64,000 nucleotides of DNA from Diadema antillarum (Eukaryota), in NCBI RefSeq assembly GCF_040938485.1, contig NW_027271421.1:438567-502566 (forward strand), given 5' to 3'. The notes under the pieces are model-generated. The model did no database searches. It was not told the origin of the DNA and saw only the letters and a list, made by a program, of their open reading frames with translations. A program made the translations under genes and the position numbers. The first letter of the stretch is position 1, and each line of letters begins with the position of its first letter. Shown piece by piece: positions 63,974 through 64,000 of the stretch.

Positions 63974-64000
63974 CTGGTGGAAGATAAGATTGAGAAGAAT

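Overview
This window is eukaryotic nuclear DNA, not a prokaryotic locus. It has multi-exon genes with GT-AG introns, abundant microsatellites, LINE, SINE and MITE insertions, and a 169-bp satellite. There are no operons, CRISPR arrays or defence islands here.

The main content is a head-to-tail tandem array of at least five paralogous genes, all on the minus strand. They belong to the carboxylesterase type-B / cholinesterase-like family. I label them P1 to P5 by coordinate:
- P1 spans <1..2724 and only its first two exons fall in the window.
- P2 spans 4832..17550 and is complete (10 exons, 602 codons).
- P3 spans 20139..28949 and is complete (10 exons).
- P4 spans 32907..50125 and is complete (10 exons).
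- P5 spans 54679..>64000; exons 4-10 are in the window.

All copies share identical intron positions and phases. Each carries a signal peptide, the [14 protein letters not shown] motif, the HGG oxyanion region, the G-x-S-A-G nucleophile elbow, the catalytic Glu and His, a cholinesterase-type C-terminal helix (RAVRARQCHFWN), and a last exon that looks like the tryptophan-amphiphilic T-peptide of vertebrate AChE_T.

P4 and P5 are a young segmental duplication with a unit of about 21.5 kb and roughly 92% nucleotide identity. Both share a degenerate antisense LINE in intron 5. Comparing P4 with P5 shows at least six copy-specific insertions, which give a relative chronology (details in the findings).

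Other mobile elements are a piggyBac-like MITE with TTAA duplications, a TA-duplication MITE family, a 3.7-kb TIR-bounded element carrying a 169-bp satellite, and a CR1-like LINE fragment.

Exon coordinates were derived by reverse-complement translation, GT-AG inspection and anchoring to the ORF-track stop codons. Treat them as accurate to within a few bases.
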